A stretch of DNA of 64,000 nucleotides from Candidatus Gottesmanbacteria bacterium (GTDB lineage: Bacteria; Patescibacteriota; Microgenomatia; UBA10105; UBA927), in NCBI GenBank assembly GCA_043798445.1, contig JAZDOQ010000027.1, forward strand, positions 1,265 through 65,264, read 5' to 3'. The notes beneath the pieces were generated by a model that was given only the letters and a program-made list of their open reading frames with translations, was not told the DNA's origin and did not search any database. Made by a program: the position numbers and the translations under genes. This document shows positions 46,770 through 54,580 of the stretch, in pieces (position 1 is the stretch's first letter; each line of letters begins with the position of its first letter).

Positions 46770-48329
46770 ATGCCTGATCCTGGTTTAGCCGAATTACCAT
46801 TAAGAAAATTAGAATTACCTCAATTTCAACAAGCAAAGATTCGTATTGAAAAATCAGCTCGAATAAAAAATGATTTACTTCCTACGCATAGTAGCCCAAA
46901 TGGTCAGCGATTGGCAGAGGTAGGAAATGTCGAGAAAAAATCTGTAGGATTAAAAGAAGGCGATAAATCTGGATTATCTGAAATTGCAATTGATATTCGT
47001 GGTTATCAGGAACAACGCTTTAAGATGAATTATGTTTCACCTGACGGTAAAAATATTACAGAATCTTTAGTGTTTTTCGTCAAAACGAGCCAGGCTGGAC
47101 AACCTGAATGGCTGACAGTTGGCGGACAACCATTAGCATTAAACGCTGACTTATATGACAGTCGTCAACCTAGTAATATACATGGTCAACAGAAGGATTG
47201 CGCGCGCACTTTTATCCCCCGCGTAGACGGTCGAGGAGCGTATACAGGCATTGTTAGTCTATTCGAACAACCACGAAATACAGGTAACGAAAATATATTA
47301 CCTAAAAGTGATGGTGGAAAAGGATCTTTACAAGTGCCTACTACACCAGATTTTGCTAGATCTTCTTTGCAGACAATGGCACATCCCGAACAGAATAATG
47401 ATTTGGTAAAGTATGAAGCAACTGCAAGAAAGCTAAAACTGGATGAGCAGAAACCACCTAAGCCAGATAGTATTATAGCTCCGGTTGTTGGTAACATGTT
47501 TGGTGAAGATGACCATCCGACTCTTGCTGGACGGGTGATATCAAGGGTATATGAGCAGTTGATACAACGTGATAATTTTAAAACTCCAAATTCTCGCGAA
47601 GAAGCTATTAAAATTAATGAACTTGGAAAACAAGTAATTCAAAAGACGGCAGACTATGCCAAAAGCAAATTGCTTCAACGCTGGAATAGTGGAGACCAAC
47701 GTATTGTATTTGGTAATAATCGACAACCTGGAACTGACGCTTTCCATTTTGACGGTGATGCTAATCCGGCAAAAGACCATGTTTTTTATTTTAATAAAGC
47801 CTCAAGGACATGGAAAAACGCGAATGAGTCACAAGTGAGAGCATACATAACATTATCTCCCCAACAAATAGATGCTCTTCCACAGCATTTTGTTGATTTG
47901 AGTCTTGAAATGTACGATGCTGGAATAGATTTTAACGGGAAAAGTTGTAGTTTATATGGGGCAATGCGTAGAACCGACAATATGGTCTTTTATATTAGTG
48001 CAAGCGATCAGGTAAAGGCATCTGAATTGATAAAAAATTATATGAATAAAAATGGCATAGGAAGAGGATATGTATCAGCAGCGATACCAAGTCCACAAGA
48101 AGGATTATCATGGGCTATGGACCCAAGTGAATCTCAGAAAAACACATGGCAGAAGGTGTCAGGTTCATCTGAAAAGGTTAGTTATAATGCTTATATAGCT
48201 ACAATGTGTATGCCTACATATTTAGATCGTTTAGCTGATGCTCAGAGTAAGGTTGGTGATAGTGTAAGTGCGGATATATATAGGCAGGAAGCCCAACGTG
48301 TTCGGTTGATAATTTCAGGATCAAGTTAA
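46770..48329 (+). CDS. Hypothetical protein (519 aa), C-terminus possibly HopA1-like
   Basis: Long ORF; VRAYI...F-GK...RTDNMVFYI segment; family call tentative. Confidence 0.7.
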   Translation: MPDPGLAELPLRKLELPQFQQAKIRIEKSARIKNDLLPTHSSPNGQRLAEVGNVEKKSVGLKEGDKSGLSEIAIDIRGYQEQRFKMNYVSPDGKNITESLVFFVKTSQAGQPEWLTVGGQPLALNADLYDSRQPSNIHGQQKDCARTFIPRVDGRGAYTGIVSLFEQPRNTGNENILPKSDGGKGSLQVPTTPDFARSSLQTMAHPEQNNDLVKYEATARKLKLDEQKPPKPDSIIAPVVGNMFGEDDHPTLAGRVISRVYEQLIQRDNFKTPNSREEAIKINELGKQVIQKTADYAKSKLLQRWNSGDQRIVFGNNRQPGTDAFHFDGDANPAKDHVFYFNKASRTWKNANESQVRAYITLSPQQIDALPQHFVDLSLEMYDAGIDFNGKSCSLYGAMRRTDNMVFYISASDQVKASELIKNYMNKNGIGRGYVSAAIPSPQEGLSWAMDPSESQKNTWQKVSGSSEKVSYNAYIATMCMPTYLDRLADAQSKVGDSVSADIYRQEAQRVRLIISGSS

Positions 48330-48339
48330 GATATAATAA

Positions 48340-48455
48340 GTCCGAACATCATCCATTGCTCGGAGCAAATGATGGTTTAGAGCGTATTGACAATCTAAAC
48401 CACTAATTAAAACATCAGCATTTAAGCCTTCTGATTTTAGTTTACTACGTCTTGA
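48340..48455 (+). repeat. Junction 2: box A plus box B
   Basis: GTCCGAACATCATCCATTGCTCGGAGCA 48340-48367; CATCAGCATTTAAGCCTTCT 48413-48432. Confidence 0.9.
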
Positions 48456-48500
48456 TGTAATTGTTATATTTTTTCTAATTTGTATATAATAGAGTAAGTT

Positions 48501-49811
48501 ATGAAAAAAATATTCATTATATTAACTTTTTTTCTCTCTTTTTTTATTCTTTTGGATTTAATACGTAGTTCCAATTCTATTAAAGCTCAAGGAAATGACC
48601 ATGTTCCAGGACAAATTTTAGTTAAATTTAAAGAAAATACTTCCCAGGAGGAAATCAACAGACAGCTTAATGGTCATCGGGCAAGCGTGAAAGAAAAAAT
48701 AGAAAAACTCGGCGTTTTAGTACTTCGGGTTCCGGAAGTTGCCCAGGATCAAGTGTTAACAGCTTTGTCAAAAAATACTCATGTAGAGTTTGCGGAATTT
48801 GATTATCTTGCGGAAACCTTTACCATTCCGAATGATCCTGACTTTGGTAATCAATGGGGTTTGGAAAATATTGGGCAGACAATTCAAGGTGTTCCTGGAA
48901 TAATTGATGTAGATATTGATGCGTCAACAGCTTGGAATATCACTCAAGGTGGGGTAAAAGTAGCCATTCTTGATACTGGAATTGATCAATATCATGAGGA
49001 TTTAGACTCACAAATTGTTGTAAACAAAGACTTTACTGGTTCAACGTCAGGATATAACGATATTTATGGACACGGGACTCATGTTAGCGGAATAGTGGCG
49101 GCACGAACTAATAACGGTATGGGGGGAGCGGGAGTTTGTCCTAACTGTCAATTGATGAATGGTAAAGTATTAAATGATAGTGCCTCAGGTGCTTATTCTT
49201 GGATAGCAAGCGGTATAACATGGGCAACAGATAATGGTGCAAAAGTTATCAATATGAGCTTAGGTGGTTCAACCCCATCAAAAACACTTGAGAGTGCAGT
49301 AAATTATGCATGGAATAACGGTGTCGTCGTCGTCGCCGCTGCAGGTAACTCTGGAAATACATCAAAAACATATCCCGCAGCTTATGTAAATGCCATTGCG
49401 GTTGCCGCAACTGATAATCAAGATAAAAAGGCTACGTTTTCAGAATACGGTAGTTGGGTGGATGTCGCCGCTCCCGGTGTTCATATTTATTCAACATGGA
49501 ATGATGAAACGAGCACTTCGGCACCTTATCCAGTATGTTATTCACCAACGCAATGTTATAAATATGCATCAGGAACTTCTATGTCTACTCCTATGACTAC
49601 GGGAGTAGTTGCGTTGATTTGGTCGACAGGAAAATATACAACCGCTTCAGAAGTAAGAAGTAGACTTGAATTGACCGCTGATAAAATAACAGGAACAGGA
49701 ACATATTGGTTAGCAGGAAGAATAAATGCTGGTAACGCAGTGGGTGATTATATTGCGCCAACTCCTACTCCTACACCAACTTCAAAACCAAAACCCGGCC
49801 GGAATAAGTAG
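48501..49811 (+). CDS. Secreted S8 subtilase (thermitase-like)
   Basis: Signal peptide, ILDTG, HGTHV, AAGN, GTSMS catalytic motifs. Confidence 0.95.
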   Translation: MKKIFIILTFFLSFFILLDLIRSSNSIKAQGNDHVPGQILVKFKENTSQEEINRQLNGHRASVKEKIEKLGVLVLRVPEVAQDQVLTALSKNTHVEFAEFDYLAETFTIPNDPDFGNQWGLENIGQTIQGVPGIIDVDIDASTAWNITQGGVKVAILDTGIDQYHEDLDSQIVVNKDFTGSTSGYNDIYGHGTHVSGIVAARTNNGMGGAGVCPNCQLMNGKVLNDSASGAYSWIASGITWATDNGAKVINMSLGGSTPSKTLESAVNYAWNNGVVVVAAAGNSGNTSKTYPAAYVNAIAVAATDNQDKKATFSEYGSWVDVAAPGVHIYSTWNDETSTSAPYPVCYSPTQCYKYASGTSMSTPMTTGVVALIWSTGKYTTASEVRSRLELTADKITGTGTYWLAGRINAGNAVGDYIAPTPTPTPTSKPKPGRNK

Positions 49812-49872
49812 AGCTCAATAAGAGATAGGTTTAGTTTTAGCAAATACTTAACATCTAGATGTTATAAAATAA

Positions 49873-49993
49873 GTTCGAACATCATCCATTGCTCGGAGCC
49901 AGTGATAGTTTGGAGCGTATTGACAATCTAAACTACTAATTAAACATCAGCATTTAAGCCCTCTAATTCTAATTTACAATGTTTTGATATACT
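49873..49993 (+). repeat. Junction 3: box A plus box B
   Basis: GTTCGAACATCATCCATTGCTCGGAGC 49873-49899; CATCAGCATTTAAGCCCTCT 49945-49964. Confidence 0.9.
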
Positions 49994-49999
49994 TCGGTT

Positions 50000-50467
50000 A
50001 TGGAAGAAAAAAGAAAAGACTTTCAAATTGTTGAGTTTCAACCTAAGTACCAAACAATGGTTATTGATCTTATTAGTAAAGTTTTGCGAGACCAGAAAGT
50101 TATTCCTGATTCTACGGAACCAATAGATGATGAAGATTTACATTATATTCCAAGGATATATTTCGGTAAGGGAAGGTTCTGGGTTGCAGTACATAAAGAA
50201 AATGTGATCGGAACGGTTGCAATAAGAGATACGGGAGGTAATACAGCTAAATTAAATCGTATGTTTGTGGAGACTCAATTTCATGGAACTGGTATTGGTC
50301 AGACATTATTAGATTACGCTTTGGGTTTTGCAAGAGAACAGGGATTTAGGGAGATAATTTTGAATACGCATCTACTAATGAAAAGAGCGCACCGTTTTTA
50401 TGAGAAAAACGGGTTTCAGAAAGTAAAAAAGGTTTCCGATACATATCATTATCAACGTAGTTTGTGA
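50000..50467 (+). CDS. GNAT acetyltransferase
   Basis: RMFV---HGTGIG, A-RFYEKNGF. Confidence 0.92.
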   Translation: MEEKRKDFQIVEFQPKYQTMVIDLISKVLRDQKVIPDSTEPIDDEDLHYIPRIYFGKGRFWVAVHKENVIGTVAIRDTGGNTAKLNRMFVETQFHGTGIGQTLLDYALGFAREQGFREIILNTHLLMKRAHRFYEKNGFQKVKKVSDTYHYQRSL

Positions 50468-50475
50468 GATAAAAA

Positions 50476-50503
50476 GTCCGAACATCGTCCATTGCTCGGA
50501 GCA
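50476..50503 (+). repeat. Junction 4: box A
   Basis: GTCCGAACATCGTCCATTGCTCGGAGCA. Confidence 0.9.
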
Positions 50504-50523
50504 GAAATGAGTGGAAATAAAGC

Positions 50524-50598
50524 CAAAATCGTGAATTTATATCAATTTTTACCTATTTTTCACGATTATGTTGACAAAATCGTGAATAAGTGTATAAT
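50524..50598 (+). promoter_or_regulatory. Consensus sigma-70 promoter with overlapping operator repeats upstream of the Fic gene
   Basis: TTGACA 50571-50576, 16 nt, TATAAT 50593-50598; CAAAATCGTGAAT at 50524 and 50575, inverted TTCACGATT at 50559. Confidence 0.75.
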
Positions 50599-50606
50599 TC
50601 GACTAT

Positions 50607-51485
50607 ATGGCCAAAACACTTAATATTTTTAATAAGATACGTTCTCTTCGTCAAAGATACTATCAAACAGCAATTGGTAAAGAGGCCCTTATTCAACTGA
50701 TTAACGAAGCTGAAGTCGCTGACCAGGTTTATAACTCTAACGCTATTGAAAACAGTACGTTGACTCTCGAAGAAACTGAAAAAATTCTTCTCCAAATTGA
50801 TTTGGATCGATATGTAACCGAACGGGAAATTTTTGAAACGAAGAATTTGGCACGGGTCGTTTCATACATAGATAAAAAAGCCAAGGAGCAGGAACTGACG
50901 TTGGACGTGATTTTATTTCTTCATAAAATGCTGATCTCTAATATTCGAGATGATGTTGCCGGAAGATTCAGAAAAGATAATGAATTTGTTCGAGTCGGTA
51001 GCCATATAGCCCCTGCTCCAAAAGAAATTACTGAGCGACTAGAAAACATGTTGGCGACACATAACGCTGCTAGTCATGAGCTTATTATTAAGCGTATCGC
51101 TCGTTTACATTTGACGTTTGAATACATCCATCCTTTTGTTGACGGGAATGGTCGTATTGGACGAGCAATCAATAATTATTTGCTTATTCGAGAAGGGTTT
51201 GTTCCCATAAACATAAAGTTTATTGATAGGAAAAAATATTACGAGGCGTTTAAAGAATTTGATGGAAAAGAAGTAACGACGGTGATGGAAGAAATGGTGG
51301 GAAAAGCATTAACGAACAGTTATCACAAACGACTTGTGTATCTGGAGGGTAAAAAAATCATTACATTATCCGATTATGCTAAAAGTAATAAGCTTTCTCA
51401 TTCCAATCTTATAAATAAAGCCGGTCGACAAACTATTGAAGCTTTTTTGGAAAAGAATATTTGGAAAATTGGTGCCGACAAATGA
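50607..51485 (+). CDS. Fic family protein with C-terminal HTH-like extension
   Basis: SNAIEN, HPFVDGNGRIGR. Confidence 0.95.
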   Translation: MAKTLNIFNKIRSLRQRYYQTAIGKEALIQLINEAEVADQVYNSNAIENSTLTLEETEKILLQIDLDRYVTEREIFETKNLARVVSYIDKKAKEQELTLDVILFLHKMLISNIRDDVAGRFRKDNEFVRVGSHIAPAPKEITERLENMLATHNAASHELIIKRIARLHLTFEYIHPFVDGNGRIGRAINNYLLIREGFVPINIKFIDRKKYYEAFKEFDGKEVTTVMEEMVGKALTNSYHKRLVYLEGKKIITLSDYAKSNKLSHSNLINKAGRQTIEAFLEKNIWKIGADK

Positions 51486-51496
51486 GCTATTATCAT

Positions 51497-51545
51497 ATCA
51501 GCATTTAAGCCTTCTAATATTAGTTTACAATGTTCTTGATATACT
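51497..51545 (+). repeat. Box B separated from junction 4 box A by the Fic gene
   Basis: ATCAGCATTTAAGCCTTCTAAT...TTTACAATGTTCTTGATATACT. Confidence 0.85.
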
Positions 51546-51551
51546 ATTTGT

Positions 51552-52544
51552 ATGACACTTTTAAAACCACCAAAACTTCAACGAGGGGATACAATTGGTA
51601 TTGTGGCCACTTCTTTTCCTTTACCTAGAAATGAATTTCCAGATTCATCCTACATTCAAGAATACAAAATCGCTATCCAAGAGTTGGAAAATATGGGTTT
51701 CAAAGTTAAGGAAGGGAAAAACTTAAATAGAGTAAAATGGTGGTTTGCGGGAACTGCTCAAGAAAGAGCGACAGACATAAATGAAATGTTTACCGACCCA
51801 GAAGTTAAAGCAATCATGGTTCATGAAGGAGGACAGTCAGCAATTGCAGTATTGGAATTAATTGACTATGAGCTTGTAAAAAAGCACCCAAAACCCTTCA
51901 TTGGTTTTTCTGATGTGACAAACATTCATATAGCTTTGCATGCACAAACAGGTCTTGTTGGATTTCATGGACCGCTTTTAACTTATAGTCTTGGCAAAAT
52001 ATGGGAGAAATATTTACCTGACAAAAAAGAAGAAGGAAAATCACGACTATTGAATATGTTAACTTCAGACAAACCTGCTGGAGTTATTTCACCCTTTACC
52101 GAGTGGCAATGTTGGAAAGAGGGGGAAGCAGAAGGCACTTTATTTGGTGGGAATTTAGGAAACCTTGCATCATTAGTTGGAACAAAATATTTTCCCAAGC
52201 TTGATGATATTCAAAACTCGATACTTTTTTGGGAAATTGATAATGTACCATCATACAGAATTGAAAAAGGATTGTATCAGCTCAAATATGCGGGAATATT
52301 AGATTGCATATCCGGAATGTTGGTTGGTAAGCTACCTGATATTAAGAGAACTGCATGGGAAGGACTTCAAGAACCAACTCTAAAAGAGATTGTGTTGGAG
52401 ACATTGAAGGACTACAGCTTTCCTATAATTGGTGAAGTTGATTTTGGGCATAAAACAGTTGATACACCAATGCCCATTGGTATACGAGCCAAAATGATTG
52501 CTAAAGAATTACGTTTGGAGTTTTTAGAAGCTGCTGTTCAATAG
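51552..52544 (+). CDS. S66 family LD-carboxypeptidase (MccF-like)
   Basis: P-L--GD-IGIVA, GFSD-T, GGNL, DFGH. Confidence 0.92.
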   Translation: MTLLKPPKLQRGDTIGIVATSFPLPRNEFPDSSYIQEYKIAIQELENMGFKVKEGKNLNRVKWWFAGTAQERATDINEMFTDPEVKAIMVHEGGQSAIAVLELIDYELVKKHPKPFIGFSDVTNIHIALHAQTGLVGFHGPLLTYSLGKIWEKYLPDKKEEGKSRLLNMLTSDKPAGVISPFTEWQCWKEGEAEGTLFGGNLGNLASLVGTKYFPKLDDIQNSILFWEIDNVPSYRIEKGLYQLKYAGILDCISGMLVGKLPDIKRTAWEGLQEPTLKEIVLETLKDYSFPIIGEVDFGHKTVDTPMPIGIRAKMIAKELRLEFLEAAVQ

Positions 52545-52555
52545 TGCATATAGAA

Positions 52556-52614
52556 GGTTCGAACATCCTCACTGAAAATCAAATGATTTCCAGCATAAAC
52601 CATTGCGCGGAGCA
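52556..52614 (+). repeat. Junction 5: box A with internal hairpin insertion
   Basis: GGTTCGAACATCCTC...CCATTGCGCGGAGCA. Confidence 0.75.
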
Positions 52615-52640
52615 AGAGAAGCATTTGATATAATACATTC

Positions 52641-52985
52641 ATGGTAATTACAAAAACTACTCCGTTTACCTCAGAGGAAATTCAACAACTTCGGGAACAA
52701 TTCGACAGTTATATTAAAACCGTCATTGATATTGAAAAGAAGATTTGTTCAGCAGGATGTGATCGGCATTTTGAGTCGGAAAAGATATTTCTTGATCAAG
52801 GATCAAAACAGGGGAATGTTTGGGGTGGTGGAATCGATTTGGAGACAAAAACGGTAGATGGTAATTCATTCATAAATATTCGTCCCAGCCAAGGAAATAC
52901 AAGTAATGAAATACAAGATTCAGGTATTCGGAAGTCTTTTGAAGAACTAACTAAATATTTTTTTGATGAGATATATGGAAAATAA
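52641..52985 (+). CDS. DUF5674-like conserved protein
   Basis: K-VIDIE, H--SE--LDQGS-Q-NVWGG, SFINIRPSQGN. Confidence 0.75.
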   Translation: MVITKTTPFTSEEIQQLREQFDSYIKTVIDIEKKICSAGCDRHFESEKIFLDQGSKQGNVWGGGIDLETKTVDGNSFINIRPSQGNTSNEIQDSGIRKSFEELTKYFFDEIYGK

Positions 52986-53223
52986 AATAGCATTAGCATC
53001 ACTTGCTATGGACTTAAAGCGTGTTGCGCTTGGACTTCATAGAAAATCAAATACCATGGCAAACCGATTTTTACATGAAGCTATGAAACGGAAAGATGAA
53101 GTGGATACAAAAAAACTCCATCCTTATATGCAACACATTTTTATGAAATTAAATGAACAACTTGATGCTGAAGATGCACTCATGTATAGTACCCGTATTC
53201 AAAACTACGTACTATACAAATAG
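52975..53223 (+). CDS. Small hypothetical protein
   Basis: Coupled ORF, MDLKRVA...AEDALMYS; start at ATG 52975. Confidence 0.7.
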   Translation: MENKIALASLAMDLKRVALGLHRKSNTMANRFLHEAMKRKDEVDTKKLHPYMQHIFMKLNEQLDAEDALMYSTRIQNYVLYK

Positions 53224-53225
53224 AT

Positions 53226-53273
53226 GGTTCGAACATTTCCCTAAAGGCAAGCAAGCGTCTGTTGTGCGGAGCA
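53226..53273 (+). repeat. Junction 6: degenerate terminal box A
   Basis: GGTTCGAACAT...TGTGCGGAGCA. Confidence 0.65.
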
Positions 53274-53306
53274 ATATAGATTACCGTGGTAAAATACACG
53301 TACTGT

Positions 53307-53951
53307 ATGCGATTTAAAAACAGGGTAGAAGCAGGAAAAAAATTAGCCATCACTTTAAGAGAATATAGAAGAGAAAATGTTGTCGTATATGGTCTTCCCA
53401 GAGGCGGAGTGGTGTTAGCGTACGAAATCGCAAAATATCTGCGGTCTCCGCTTGAATTAATTATTATTCGTAAAATCGGTCATCCGTATTCTCCTGAATA
53501 TGCGGTGGGAGTTGTTGCACAAGACGGGTGTACTCTCTATAACGAAAAAGAAATCACATTGATAGATAAAGTCTGGTTAGAGAATGAAAGGGATATAAAA
53601 AGAAAAGAAGCTCAACGGAGGAGAGCGTTGTATAACGTTTGCGGAACTCCTGTATCAGCCGAAGGGAAAATAGCGATTCTCGTTGATGACGGTATCGCTA
53701 CAGGACTGACGGTAACAGTGGGGATTTTGGAACTCAACCATCAAAAACCCAAAAAAATGATAGTTGCTGTTCCTGTTTGCCCTAAAAGCTTTGCAGACGA
53801 AATAAAAGCAGAGGGATATGATTGTGTTGCTCTTGACACGCCGTTTCTTCATGCAGATGCGGTAAATGCGTATTATGAAGAATTTCCACAAGTGTCGGAT
53901 GAGGAGGTTATTCGTTTGATACGCCAAAACCATTCTACGACATATTTGTAA
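53307..53951 (+). CDS. Phosphoribosyltransferase family protein
   Basis: F-NR-EAG, LPRGGV, LVDDGIATG. Confidence 0.9.
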   Translation: MRFKNRVEAGKKLAITLREYRRENVVVYGLPRGGVVLAYEIAKYLRSPLELIIIRKIGHPYSPEYAVGVVAQDGCTLYNEKEITLIDKVWLENERDIKRKEAQRRRALYNVCGTPVSAEGKIAILVDDGIATGLTVTVGILELNHQKPKKMIVAVPVCPKSFADEIKAEGYDCVALDTPFLHADAVNAYYEEFPQVSDEEVIRLIRQNHSTTYL

Positions 53952-53987
53952 GGAAATATCCTCGTATATAAATGGTATACTAAATTT

Positions 53988-54575
53988 ATGCGCCGTAAAC
54001 GACGTATCTATGCACACAACCATTTACACAAATGGAAGTATAAAAATATTACCCTGGCATTCATCGGGATATTGGTAGCAGTGCTCCTTTCCCAAATTGA
54101 AGGCTTTCATTCTTTTCTTACTCATCTAGGAGGATTTGGGTATATCGGAGCATTTGTTTCAGGGACGTTGTTTGTTTCAACATTTACAGTGGCGACCAGT
54201 GCGTTGGTTTTATTAACGCTTGCCGAAACAGTATCCCCCATAGAAATTGGCTTAATTGCAGGACTGGGTGCAGTTGTTGGTGATATGATTATTTTCCATT
54301 TCATAAAAGATAATTTGTCTTCTGAAATTGAAGATGTCTACAATAATTTTGACAGGAAAAAACATCTTAAAAAACTCTTTCACACAAAATATTTTAACTG
54401 GATGCTGCCAATTTTTGGAGCAATTATCATCGCTTCACCGCTTCCGGATGAATTAGGAGTAAGCATGATTGGCTTGTCAAAAATGAGTACGGTTCGATTT
54501 ATTCTTCTTTCGTATGTCCTCAATTCTATAGGAATATTTTTAGTTGTATCAGCGTCCTTGTTAATTAAACCATAA
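53988..54575 (+). CDS. Membrane protein
   Basis: Multiple TMs, SPLPDELG. Confidence 0.75.
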   Translation: MRRKRRIYAHNHLHKWKYKNITLAFIGILVAVLLSQIEGFHSFLTHLGGFGYIGAFVSGTLFVSTFTVATSALVLLTLAETVSPIEIGLIAGLGAVVGDMIIFHFIKDNLSSEIEDVYNNFDRKKHLKKLFHTKYFNWMLPIFGAIIIASPLPDELGVSMIGLSKMSTVRFILLSYVLNSIGIFLVVSASLLIKP

Positions 54576-54580
54576 AAAAT

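Larger units (their letters stand above)
46224..53273 (+). mobile_element. Tandem array of integrase-less gene cassettes at the tRNA-Asn 3' end
   Basis: Six units delimited by one exact tRNA-end copy and five box A repeats, with four box B repeats; all cargo co-oriented; no recombinase gene. Confidence 0.75.

Noticed and set aside
46507-46788. 93-aa ORF on the + strand
   Set aside because: It is made of REP hairpins, the tRNA-end duplication and box B, with no protein-like features.
46224-53273. CRISPR array or classical integron as explanation of the repeats
   Set aside because: The spacers are whole genes of 0.4-2 kb, there are no cas or intI genes, and the repeats lack the RYYYAAC...GTTRRRY long imperfect palindrome of attC sites.
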